NCBI GenBank assembly: GCA_023409435.1
Contig: JAEYHP010000087.1
Location: 12,961 to 76,960 of the forward strand
DNA from: Bacillota bacterium
Lineage (GTDB): Bacteria > Bacillota > Clostridia > Christensenellales > CAG-138
Reading direction: 5' to 3'
DNA: 64,000 nucleotides
The translations under genes and the position numbers were made by a program. The notes below the pieces were generated by a model that had not been told where the DNA came from, made no database searches, and was given only the letters and a program-made list of their open reading frames with translations. Shown piece by piece: positions 35,097-43,800 of this stretch (its first letter is position 1; every line of letters starts with the position of its first letter).

Positions 35097-36095
35097 TTAA
35101 AATATTGCATGCAGCAACAGGGCCATGACGTATCCAATCAGCCCGCAGGCGGGGAACGTGAGTATCCAGGCGGTGACCATCTCTTTTACAATTCCCCAGT
35201 TCACGTTGCTTAACCTGCGTGCCGCGGCAGCGCCCATAATGGCGGTACCCTTAGTGTTGGTGGTGCTAAGCGGTATTCCCCATACAGTGGCTGCCAGCAT
35301 GCAGGCGGAAGCTGCGACCTCTGCGGAAAAGCCCTGGTATTTTTCGATTTTTACCATATCAAGCCCCATGGTTTTGATAATGCGGTATCCGCCGATCGAG
35401 GTGCCGACCGCCATCAGCAGCGAGCAGAACACCATGACGTACCATGGGATGAAGTTTTCCCCGCCCGGCATAGCGACGCCGCCCAGAGAAAGCGCAAACA
35501 CAAGCACGCCCATGAATTTCTGGCCGTCCTGCGCGCCGTGGCTGAACGCCATTGCCGAGGCGGAAGCGACCTGCCCGATGGAGAATATTTTGTTTGCTTT
35601 ATGACGGTTGACGTTGCGGAAGAGTTTGGCGATAAGAGAAGTGAAAAGCCCGCCGGAGAGGAACCCCAGTATAGAGGAAATGCCCAAACCAAGAAAGACC
35701 TTTTGCCATTCGGCCCAGCTGACCGAGGCGATACCGCCGCCGGCCAATGCTGCGCCGGTCAGTCCGGCAATCAGCGCGTGGCTTTCGCTGGTGGGGATGC
35801 CAAAGCGCCACGCGCCCACCGCCCAAATGACGATGGAAAGCTGCGCCGCCGCCAGTGTGATGAGCCCATCCGTTCCGGGAGTCAGCTCTATGATGTTGGA
35901 AATTGTCTTGGCCACCGCCGTACCCATGAGCAGCACGCCCAAAAGGTTGAATATCGCCGCGAGTATGACGGCCTTGCGGGGGCTCAGTACTCTGGTAGAA
36001 ACCACAGTGGTCAGTGCGTTGGGTGCATCCGTCCAGCCGTTTACAAAGATGGACGCGCATACGAGTAAAATGACGAGTATAAGGCCGGTCTGCAT
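35097..36095 (-). CDS. Inorganic phosphate transporter, PiT family
   Basis: Start ATG 36095 (MQTGLILVILLV). The PiT signature NGWTDAPNA appears near the N-terminus, with a second-half repeat (SHGAQDGQK). About 10 TM segments. Confidence 0.85.
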   Translation of the reverse strand: MQTGLILVILLVCASIFVNGWTDAPNALTTVVSTRVLSPRKAVILAAIFNLLGVLLMGTAVAKTISNIIELTPGTDGLITLAAAQLSIVIWAVGAWRFGIPTSESHALIAGLTGAALAGGGIASVSWAEWQKVFLGLGISSILGFLSGGLFTSLIAKLFRNVNRHKANKIFSIGQVASASAMAFSHGAQDGQKFMGVLVFALSLGGVAMPGGENFIPWYVMVFCSLLMAVGTSIGGYRIIKTMGLDMVKIEKYQGFSAEVAASACMLAATVWGIPLSTTNTKGTAIMGAAAARRLSNVNWGIVKEMVTAWILTFPACGLIGYVMALLLHAIF

Positions 36096-36768
36096 GCGGT
36101 TTTTTAACCTTTCTAAATGAAAAGCGTGAGGTCGGAAGCGGAAAACAATGTGCATACATGCTTGTCCCGCATCATAGAAGCCTCCGCCACTTCTTCGTGT
36201 GGAAGTCTTTCCTTTACAAAGCGCCGGTTTCTTTTAATGGTTGACCCGCAAAATGCGGGTGAATTCCATAAAACGCATGCGAAATGTAAAGGGCTTGATT
36301 TTGACTTTACATCAGTATAACATAATGCGCTTGTGCATAGGGGACTTTATGAATAAAAATCAAAACAAATTTCAGCCAAACCCGAGCAGATGCGACCAGT
36401 ATTTCCAATAATATTCAATGCATTGGTTCGTTTCGACCGGCCTGGTCTCAAGATGGGAAGCGGCACCTAAGCAAACGGAAGATTGCGCATGCAAAATCGT
36501 GCAGCAATCCCACAGCATTACGCCATAGGTAACGTTGCGAAATTTGGCGTATTTTTGCACCAAAACACGGTATATGCGCTATAGCGTACGGGCAACGCTT
36601 ATGATACCATTTTCATACTATGCACATAACCAAGATTGCCTGTTTATGGCTATTTTAAACTTAGGCGCTTTTGATTGCCGCTGCATAAAAAAACTTGAAC
36701 TGAGAGAAAAGAAGGAGTAAGAACGGTGGACGCCTGCAATATACAGAAGGAAGAGAGCGCACCAACCC

Positions 36769-38610
36769 ATGCTGCATAAGCTCAAACAGATTTTTTTGGG
36801 GCGCTCCCTCCAAAGCGCCGAGGAAACGTCCGAAAAATTCAACGTTCTGTGGGGATTGCCCATACTCTCGAGTGACGCCATCTCTTCCGTCTCCTATGCG
36901 TGCGAAGAAATTTTAATGGTGCTCATCCCGCTTTTGGGTATGGCGGCATACCAGCCGCTGCTGGGCACCGCACTCGCGATCATTGCACTGCTGTTTATCC
37001 TGGTGTTTTCCTACCGGCAGACCATAGACAATTACCCCAACGGCGGCGGTTCATACAGCGTGGCGAGCGATAATCTGGGCCGCATCCCGGGCCTTATTGC
37101 AGCGGCGTCTTTGTCTATTGACTATGTGCTCACCGTGGCGGTCAGCGCCAGTTCCGGCGTGGCGGCCATCACATCGGCTTTTCCGGAGCTTCTGCCCTAT
37201 AAGGTGGGCCTTGCGCTCATCATCATTTTGTTCCTGACGCTCGGGAACCTTCGCGGCATCCGGGAATCCTCCGTGCTGTTTGGCGTTCCCACTTATCTCT
37301 TTATCGGCACAATTCTGACCATGATATTTGTGGGCCTCTTTAAGGTGTTGGTACTCGGCATCGTGCCCGAGCCCACCGCGCCTCTTATGCAGCCCGCAGA
37401 GGATCTGACGCTGTTCCTGTTCCTCAGGGCGTTTTCTTCCGGCTGTACGGCCTTGACTGGCGTGGAGGCCGTGAGCAACGGCATTCCCAACTTTAAGGAA
37501 CCCGCGCAGAAGAATGCCAAAAAGGTGCTCACGTTCCTTGCGCTCATCGTGCTTATCATATTCGGCGGGGTCTGCGCTTTGGCTGCCGTCTACAAGGTCG
37601 CTCCCCGGGAAGGCATGACGGTAGTCGCGCAGATTGCGGCGCAGGTATTTGGCGGGAATTCGGTAATGTTCTATGTGGCGCAGGCCACAACCGCCATTAT
37701 ACTCATTATGGCCGCCAACACGGCGTTCGCGGACCTGCCGCTTCTTCTATCCCTGTTGGCGCGGGATGGTTTCATGGCCCGGCAATTTCGGCACCGCGGC
37801 GCGCGGCTGAGTTTTAGTAACGGCATCATGCTGCTCTTTATCGTGGCGAGCTTGCTGGTCGTTTTCTTCCATGCGGACACACACCAGCTGATCCCTCTCT
37901 ACGCTGTGGGCGTATTCCTTTCCTTTACGCTTTCCCAGATGGGCATGTATAAGCGATGGGTCACCCGCAAGGAAGGCAACTGGAGGCATAAGGCGTTCAT
38001 CAACGGCTTTGGCACGATCATTACGGCGGTCACCTGCATCATCATTGCGGTAAGCAAATTCACCCACGGCGCATGGATGGTGATCATCTGCATTCCCGTG
38101 CTGGTTCTTTTGATGCTGCGCATCCGCAGCCATTATGACCATGTACGCGAAAATCTGATGATCAACTGCGATCCTTCGGCGCTTTTGTTTAAGGAGCCGC
38201 CCAAGAACCATGTGCTGCTGCCGGTGGCGTCCATCAACAAATCCTTTATCAAGGCGCTCAACTATGCGCTTACCCTGAACGGGGAAATTGAGATCTATCA
38301 TGTGAGTACCGTCAAGGAAGCGACGGACAAGCTTGTGCGCCAATATAACCAGCTGGGGCTTGATATCCCGCTGGTGATCGAGGAAGCGCCCTATCGCAAC
38401 GTCAACGAGGTGCTGCTCTCCCATGTGGATCAAAAGCACGCTGCGCTGAACAAACATGAAATGCTCACGGTCGTGTTGCCGCAGTTCATCATCCCCAAGT
38501 GGTGGAACAATCCGCTGCACAACCAGACGGCGCGGTTATTGAAGAGCTCGCTGTTCAGGCGGCGCAACCTCGCGGTGGTAACGATCCCGTATATCATCAA
38601 TGAAAAATAG
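36769..38610 (+). CDS. kimA: KimA-like APC-superfamily K+/H+ symporter
   Basis: 613 aa, collinear by eye with B. subtilis KimA. Shared blocks are LSSDAISSVSY, YPNGGGSY, DYVLTVAVS, FSSGCTALTGVEA, IPLYAVGVF, and the C-terminal VLPQFI...LHNQTA. Confidence 0.8.
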   Translation: MLHKLKQIFLGRSLQSAEETSEKFNVLWGLPILSSDAISSVSYACEEILMVLIPLLGMAAYQPLLGTALAIIALLFILVFSYRQTIDNYPNGGGSYSVASDNLGRIPGLIAAASLSIDYVLTVAVSASSGVAAITSAFPELLPYKVGLALIIILFLTLGNLRGIRESSVLFGVPTYLFIGTILTMIFVGLFKVLVLGIVPEPTAPLMQPAEDLTLFLFLRAFSSGCTALTGVEAVSNGIPNFKEPAQKNAKKVLTFLALIVLIIFGGVCALAAVYKVAPREGMTVVAQIAAQVFGGNSVMFYVAQATTAIILIMAANTAFADLPLLLSLLARDGFMARQFRHRGARLSFSNGIMLLFIVASLLVVFFHADTHQLIPLYAVGVFLSFTLSQMGMYKRWVTRKEGNWRHKAFINGFGTIITAVTCIIIAVSKFTHGAWMVIICIPVLVLLMLRIRSHYDHVRENLMINCDPSALLFKEPPKNHVLLPVASINKSFIKALNYALTLNGEIEIYHVSTVKEATDKLVRQYNQLGLDIPLVIEEAPYRNVNEVLLSHVDQKHAALNKHEMLTVVLPQFIIPKWWNNPLHNQTARLLKSSLFRRRNLAVVTIPYIINEK

Positions 38611-38620
38611 AAAAGAAATA

Positions 38621-38652
38621 AAAAAGAGCGCTCCGTTCGGAGCGTTCTTTTG
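38621..38652. terminator. Bidirectional terminator between the convergent kimA-like and tauE-like genes
   Basis: AGAGCGCTCC-GTTC-GGAGCGTTCT with one mismatch, flanked by an A-run and a T-run. Confidence 0.6.
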
Positions 38653-38662
38653 TAAAATGGCT

Positions 38663-39430
38663 CTAGAGCAGGTCCACGGCCATTTTGACAAACAACAGGC
38701 CAATAACGATGAACACCGTGTAGCGGACATATTTGGCGCCGCCCTTTATCGCGAGCTTTGCGCCCAGGTAGTTGCCCGCAGAAGCGAATACCGCCGCAGG
38801 AATTGCTAAGAAAAACAGTACTTTCCCGTTCATGCTGAATACGATCATGGACGCAATGTTCGACGCGAGGTTAGCCACCTTTGCGCAGGCGGAGGATTTT
38901 AAAAGATCAAAGCCCAGAAACGCCGTAAACGCCAGGATCAAAAACGTCCCGGTCCCGGGACCAATCAGCCCGTCATAGCAGCCGATCACAAGACCTATAA
39001 TAAGCGAAGTCGCCGCGATCCGGCTTTTGCTTAACTGCCGGTCGATAGCGGGCGCGGTTCCGAAGTTGCGCTTTAGGAGCAGAAACAACGCGACTGCCGG
39101 AAGAATGGCGAGCATCACGATCCGAAGTGTATTGTCTGGGATCATCATGCTCAGGGAGCTGCCGCCGACTGCCCCGGCGAATGAGGTTGCGGCGGACAGG
39201 AGCCCGACGCGCCAGTCGATCTGCCCGGCCTTAAAGTATTTGAGCGTGGCGGTGAATGTGCCGATACTCATAGCGGTCTTGTTCGTGCCGAGCGTTTCGT
39301 GTGCAGGCAGCCCCGCCAGCAGGTATGCGGGCAGCGAAATCAACCCGCCTCCGCCTGCGATGGAATCGACAAAGCCCGCCAGGAATACCAGCGGGCAGAC
39401 AATCAGGTAGGTCGTGAGGGAAATCTCCAC
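38663..39430 (-). CDS. Sulfite exporter TauE/SafE (TSUP) family membrane protein
   Basis: Polytopic protein whose two halves each carry a G-rich motif (DSIAGGGGLISLP / GLIGPGTGTF). Start placed at GTG 39430, 8 nt after GGAGG. The ORF-track TTG 39445 has no RBS. Confidence 0.8.
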   Translation of the reverse strand: MEISLTTYLIVCPLVFLAGFVDSIAGGGGLISLPAYLLAGLPAHETLGTNKTAMSIGTFTATLKYFKAGQIDWRVGLLSAATSFAGAVGGSSLSMMIPDNTLRIVMLAILPAVALFLLLKRNFGTAPAIDRQLSKSRIAATSLIIGLVIGCYDGLIGPGTGTFLILAFTAFLGFDLLKSSACAKVANLASNIASMIVFSMNGKVLFFLAIPAAVFASAGNYLGAKLAIKGGAKYVRYTVFIVIGLLFVKMAVDLL

Positions 39431-39634
39431 GGGGAAAGCCTCCAAGTTTGGCTATTCAGGGTACCCGACGCTGCGGGTCCCGAACGGCAATATATGCTTG
39501 TCATTATACCACAAGCCGGAGGCCTTGGTTGTGTTTCTATGTCTGAGAACGTATAATTATTACAAGTCGTACTTGTTCATTAAAGCATCCATACCTCGTG
39601 TCGGGCGAATTGATTCTTCAGCATAACGCGGAGT

Positions 39635-40669
39635 ATGAGTTTAATGTGGCCATGTAAGGAGAGCTTTTTGACTAATAAAATACAAGCACCGACTATCAGG
39701 CGCATATGCAAGGTATCCTTAACGATAGTTCTATTCATCATCGTTAGCTTGACCCTGTTTCTGCTTGTTTTAAAAGCACATTATCAGGACTATTATGCCA
39801 ATTCAATAAGAGAATTTGAAATACCCGGACTAACCGATAATTTTGTTCCGCAGGGCCTTGAATGCATTGCGGAACATGACGCGTTTTTAATCAGCGGGTA
39901 TCTGTCCAATACCGGCGAGACGAGAATATATGTCGTAAATAAAGACGGTTCTTATCGTGGGATCAGTGTCAAATCAGCTGATGGCTCTTGCTTGAAAAGC
40001 CATGCGGGAGGCGTTAGTTCTTACGAAGAATATGTCTATGTTGCAGGTTGCGACGGATATGTCTATGTGTTATCGATCAAAGATGTCATGGGTGAGAAAT
40101 CCAAATCCGCTACAATTATTGGAGGCTTTCAAACAGATAATAATGCAACCTTTACCGCGATTAACGATGGCTATTTGTTTGTTGGCGAGTTTTATCACGG
40201 CTTGAAATACGCAACCAGTAAAACGCATCACATTACGACACTGGCAGGGGAAGAAAATAAAGCAATCATGTTTGCATTCGAGCTAAACGGTTCCAAGCCA
40301 CTCGGAGTTGAGCCTGAAGCAAGCCGCGCTTTTTCTATCGCAGGAAGAATTCAGGGGATGTGTGTGTCTGATGATAATAGGCTGATATTATCAGCGTCAA
40401 GCATCTTTGCAGGCTCTCAACTATATGTATATGATCTCCAGCCCGTGCTTGAAAAAGCAAGCGGCAATTTTACAGTGGATAACAAGGATATCCCTTTGTA
40501 TTACCTGGATGGTACAAATCTGATAGAGGAAAAAGAAATACTGCCTAAAGCGGAAGGCATCGTGTACAAAGATGGGAGAATCTATATTCTTTACGAATCG
40601 GCAGCAAACAGGTTTATGTATGGGAAACTGTTGAACGCACAATATCTGTACAGTATCGAGTCCCGCTAG
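39635..40669 (+). CDS. Hypothetical membrane-anchored protein, possibly beta-propeller-like, in an AT-rich islet
   Basis: 344 aa with one N-terminal TM segment (VSLTIVLFIIVSLTLFLLVL), followed by repeated beta-rich blocks (VYVAGCDGYVYVL, GYLFVGEFYHG, RLILSASS, GRIYILYES). An alternative TTG start at 39668 follows AAGGAGAG. Confidence 0.6.
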   Translation: MSLMWPCKESFLTNKIQAPTIRRICKVSLTIVLFIIVSLTLFLLVLKAHYQDYYANSIREFEIPGLTDNFVPQGLECIAEHDAFLISGYLSNTGETRIYVVNKDGSYRGISVKSADGSCLKSHAGGVSSYEEYVYVAGCDGYVYVLSIKDVMGEKSKSATIIGGFQTDNNATFTAINDGYLFVGEFYHGLKYATSKTHHITTLAGEENKAIMFAFELNGSKPLGVEPEASRAFSIAGRIQGMCVSDDNRLILSASSIFAGSQLYVYDLQPVLEKASGNFTVDNKDIPLYYLDGTNLIEEKEILPKAEGIVYKDGRIYILYESAANRFMYGKLLNAQYLYSIESR

Positions 40670-40702
40670 ATACCGCATAGGTGCCAGCTTACGGTCGCTT
40701 TG

Positions 40703-40736
40703 CAAAACAAAAGGCCGCAGCTAACGCTGATGGCCT
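40703..40736 (-). terminator. Probable terminator downstream of carB-dapF
   Basis: On the minus strand, AGGCCAUCAGC-GUUA-GCUGCGGCCU followed by UUUUGUUUUG. It lies 72 nt from the stop. Confidence 0.4.
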
Positions 40737-40807
40737 ATTGTTACATCCCAAGTCAATCGCTTTAACTTGCAAAGGTCTATTGATTCTTCTTGGAAAATTC
40801 CTGTATA

Positions 40808-43800
40808 TCAGTACTCCATATCCCCTTCGTACACCAAGCTTGCGTTACCCGTCAGATACACTGCTTCCCCGGTATACTTCACCACGAGGTCTCCGCCCAA
40901 TAGCTTTACGGTGATGTCCGCGTTCCTGTCGCAATGCCCGTTTTCCACCGCCGCCACAACTGCGGCGCAGGCGCCGGTGCCGCAGGCCCAGGTTTCGCCG
41001 TTGCCGCGCTCCCATACGCGCATTTTGAGCGTACGGCGGTTGACCACCCGCACAAACTCGGTATTGATGCGTTCCGGAAACGCGGATGCGTGCTCAAACT
41101 GGGGGCCGACGCGGCTGATATCGATCGCGTCCACCCGCTCGCAGAACACCACGCAATGCGGGTTGCCCACGTTCACCAGCGTAATGTTCCAGGACTTGCC
41201 TGCCACATGGAAGGGTGCGTCCACCACGCGCTCCCCGGGGAGTTGCGCCGGAATGTCGTTGGGGTGGAGGGAGGCTTTGCCCATATCCACCTCCACGGAG
41301 CGCACCTTCCCATCGAACAGATACAGCTTCAATTGCCGGACGCCGCCGGATGTTTCGATGGACAGGCGGTCTTTTTTTACAATGCCCTGGTCGTATAATA
41401 GCTTTCCTACGCAGCGGATGGAGTTGCCCGCCATCCTGCCTTCGCTGCCGTCCTGGTTGAACATGCGGATCTTCGCGTCCGCCACGGCGGAGTTTTCGAT
41501 GAGCGTCAGTCCTTCGCCGCCTATACCGAAGTGCCGGTCCGAATGCCGTATGGCGAGCGATTCCGGGCAGCTGAGGCTATTGTCCCGATTATCGAGCACA
41601 ATGCAGTCGTTGCCGGTCCCCTGCATCTTGTAAAAATGCAGCTTCTGCCGGGAAGCGCGCAGGTGGTTGATATCCACTAGCTCCGTGTTGCGCTCATTGA
41701 AGCGGCTCGCGATGATGGAGGCAAGCGCGTTCGCGGTATCGAGCGAGGTTAAGACCGCCACCCCAAGCTGCAGCGCGCGCCGGTGCAGGCGGATATAATC
41801 CTGTACCTCCGCTTTTTCACCGTTGCCGGTGAACACGATATAGCTGAGCTTTCCGCTTTCCAATAAGTCCAGTATGCCGTTGTCCACGCAGAGTGGGTTC
41901 ACGCGCTCCACGTCGATGCCCAAGCGCTCGATATCCCGCGCCGTGCCGGGTGTGGCGTAGAGTTGTATGGAAAGGTCGTTGAGCGTCTTTGCGAGCGGCA
42001 ATATTTCAAACCGGTCCTGCTTGTTCATGCTGATAAACACGCCGCCGCGCCGCTCATAAGCGGAGGAAGGGATGCGGAAGCCCGCGGAAAGCAGCCCCTT
42101 GTAAAGCGCTTCCTCCAATGTCTTTCCTACGCCCAGCACCTCGCCGGTGGATTTCATTTCCGGCCCCAATGCAGCGTTCACATCGTTGAGCTTTTCAAAC
42201 GAGAATACCGGCACCTTCACGGCTACATACGGCGGGGTCTTGTAGAGCCCGGTGCCGTATCCGAGGTCCTTTAAGCAGTAATCCACCATCACCTTGGTCG
42301 CAAGCTCCACCATGGGCACGCCCGTCACCTTGCTGATGTAAGGGATGGTGCGGGAGGCGCGGGGGTTGACCTCTATCACGTACAGCTCGTTGTGGTAAAT
42401 GAGGTACTGGATGTTCACAAGCCCCTTGGTGCCTAAAGCGAGCGCCAGCTTTTCCGAGCAGTCTATGATGGTCGCCAGCATGGTGTCGCTGACGTTGTAG
42501 GGCGGGTACACCGCGATAGAGTCGCCGGAATGCACGCCCGCGCGCTCGATGTGCTGCATGATACCGGGGATCAGCACGTCCCGCCCGTCCGAAATGACGT
42601 CCACCTCCAGTTCCGTGCCCATCATGTATTTGTCCACCAGCACCGGGCTGTCGATGCCCTGCGCCAATATAATGGACATGTACGCGCGCACGTCCTCCTC
42701 CGCGTAAGCGATCGTCATGTTCTGCCCGCCGATGACATAGGAAGGCCGCACCAGCACGGGGTAGCCGAGCCGCTCCGCCGCACAGAGTGCCTCCCCCATG
42801 GTGGTGACGCCGATGCCCGCCGGCCGCTTAAACCGGAAACGCTCCAAGAGCGCGTCGAACCGTTCGCGATCCTCGGCAGTGTCGATGCTTTCAGCGCTCG
42901 TGCCCAGTATGGGAATTTTCCGCTCGGAAAGGAAGCGCGTCAGTTTGATGGCCGTCTGCCCGCCAAACGCCACGACGACGCCGATGGGCTGTTCTACCTC
43001 TATGACATGCAGCACGTCCTCCTCCGTCAGCGGCTCAAAATAGAGCCGGTCGGCGGTGGAAAAATCCGTGGATACAGTCTCCGGGTTGTTGTTGATGAGC
43101 GTTACCTCGTAGCCCAAAGCGCGCAGCGTGCGCACGCAGTGGACGGAGGAGTAGTCGAACTCGATCCCCTGGCCGATACGTATAGGCCCCGAGCCCAGCA
43201 CGATGATGCGCGGTTTTTCCCCGCGCACAATCGCGCGGGATTCGCACATATCGTCGTATGTGGAGTAAAAGTAGGGGGTCCTTGCGTCGAACTCCGCGCC
43301 GCAGGTGTCCACCATTTTGTATACCGCGTTGCGGTGCTCCGGCAGCGGATGTCCCGTGAGCCGTAAGAGCGCCTTGTCCGTGTACCCGAGCCGCTTGGCG
43401 GCAAGATATGTTTCCGCGTCCAGCGGTTTTTCTGCTGCGGCAAGCTCAAAATCCGCGAGCTTCTTGAGCTTGTATAAAAACCAGCGGTCTATCTTCGTGA
43501 CCTCGAAAATCTCGTCCACCGGAACGCCTTCTTTGAGCGCGGCGAACACGGTAAACAGGCGCTGATCGTCCGCGATTTTGAGCCGCGCCCGGATATCGGT
43601 TCCCGCAAGGCTCGGGAGGTTTAACGTATCCAGCGAAATCTCCGCGCCGCGCACCGCCTTCATGATGGCCATTTCGAAGGAAGGGGCAATCGCCATGACC
43701 TCGCCCGTGGCCTTCATCTGGGTACCTAAGCGGCGGCTGGCGTGCACGAACTTGTCGAACGGCCACTTGGGCACCTTCAATACCACATAATCGAGCGTCG

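Noticed and set aside
36300-36768. ydaO-type c-di-AMP riboswitch expected upstream of the kimA-like gene
   Set aside because: The hallmark conserved segments were not found by eye on either strand. There is only a loose partial resemblance, far from the start codon. A covariance-model search is needed before any call.
40767-43366. ORFs of 288 aa (40767-41633) and 278 aa (42530-43366) on the + strand
   Set aside because: They are antisense to the carB-dapF ORF and have no independent support.
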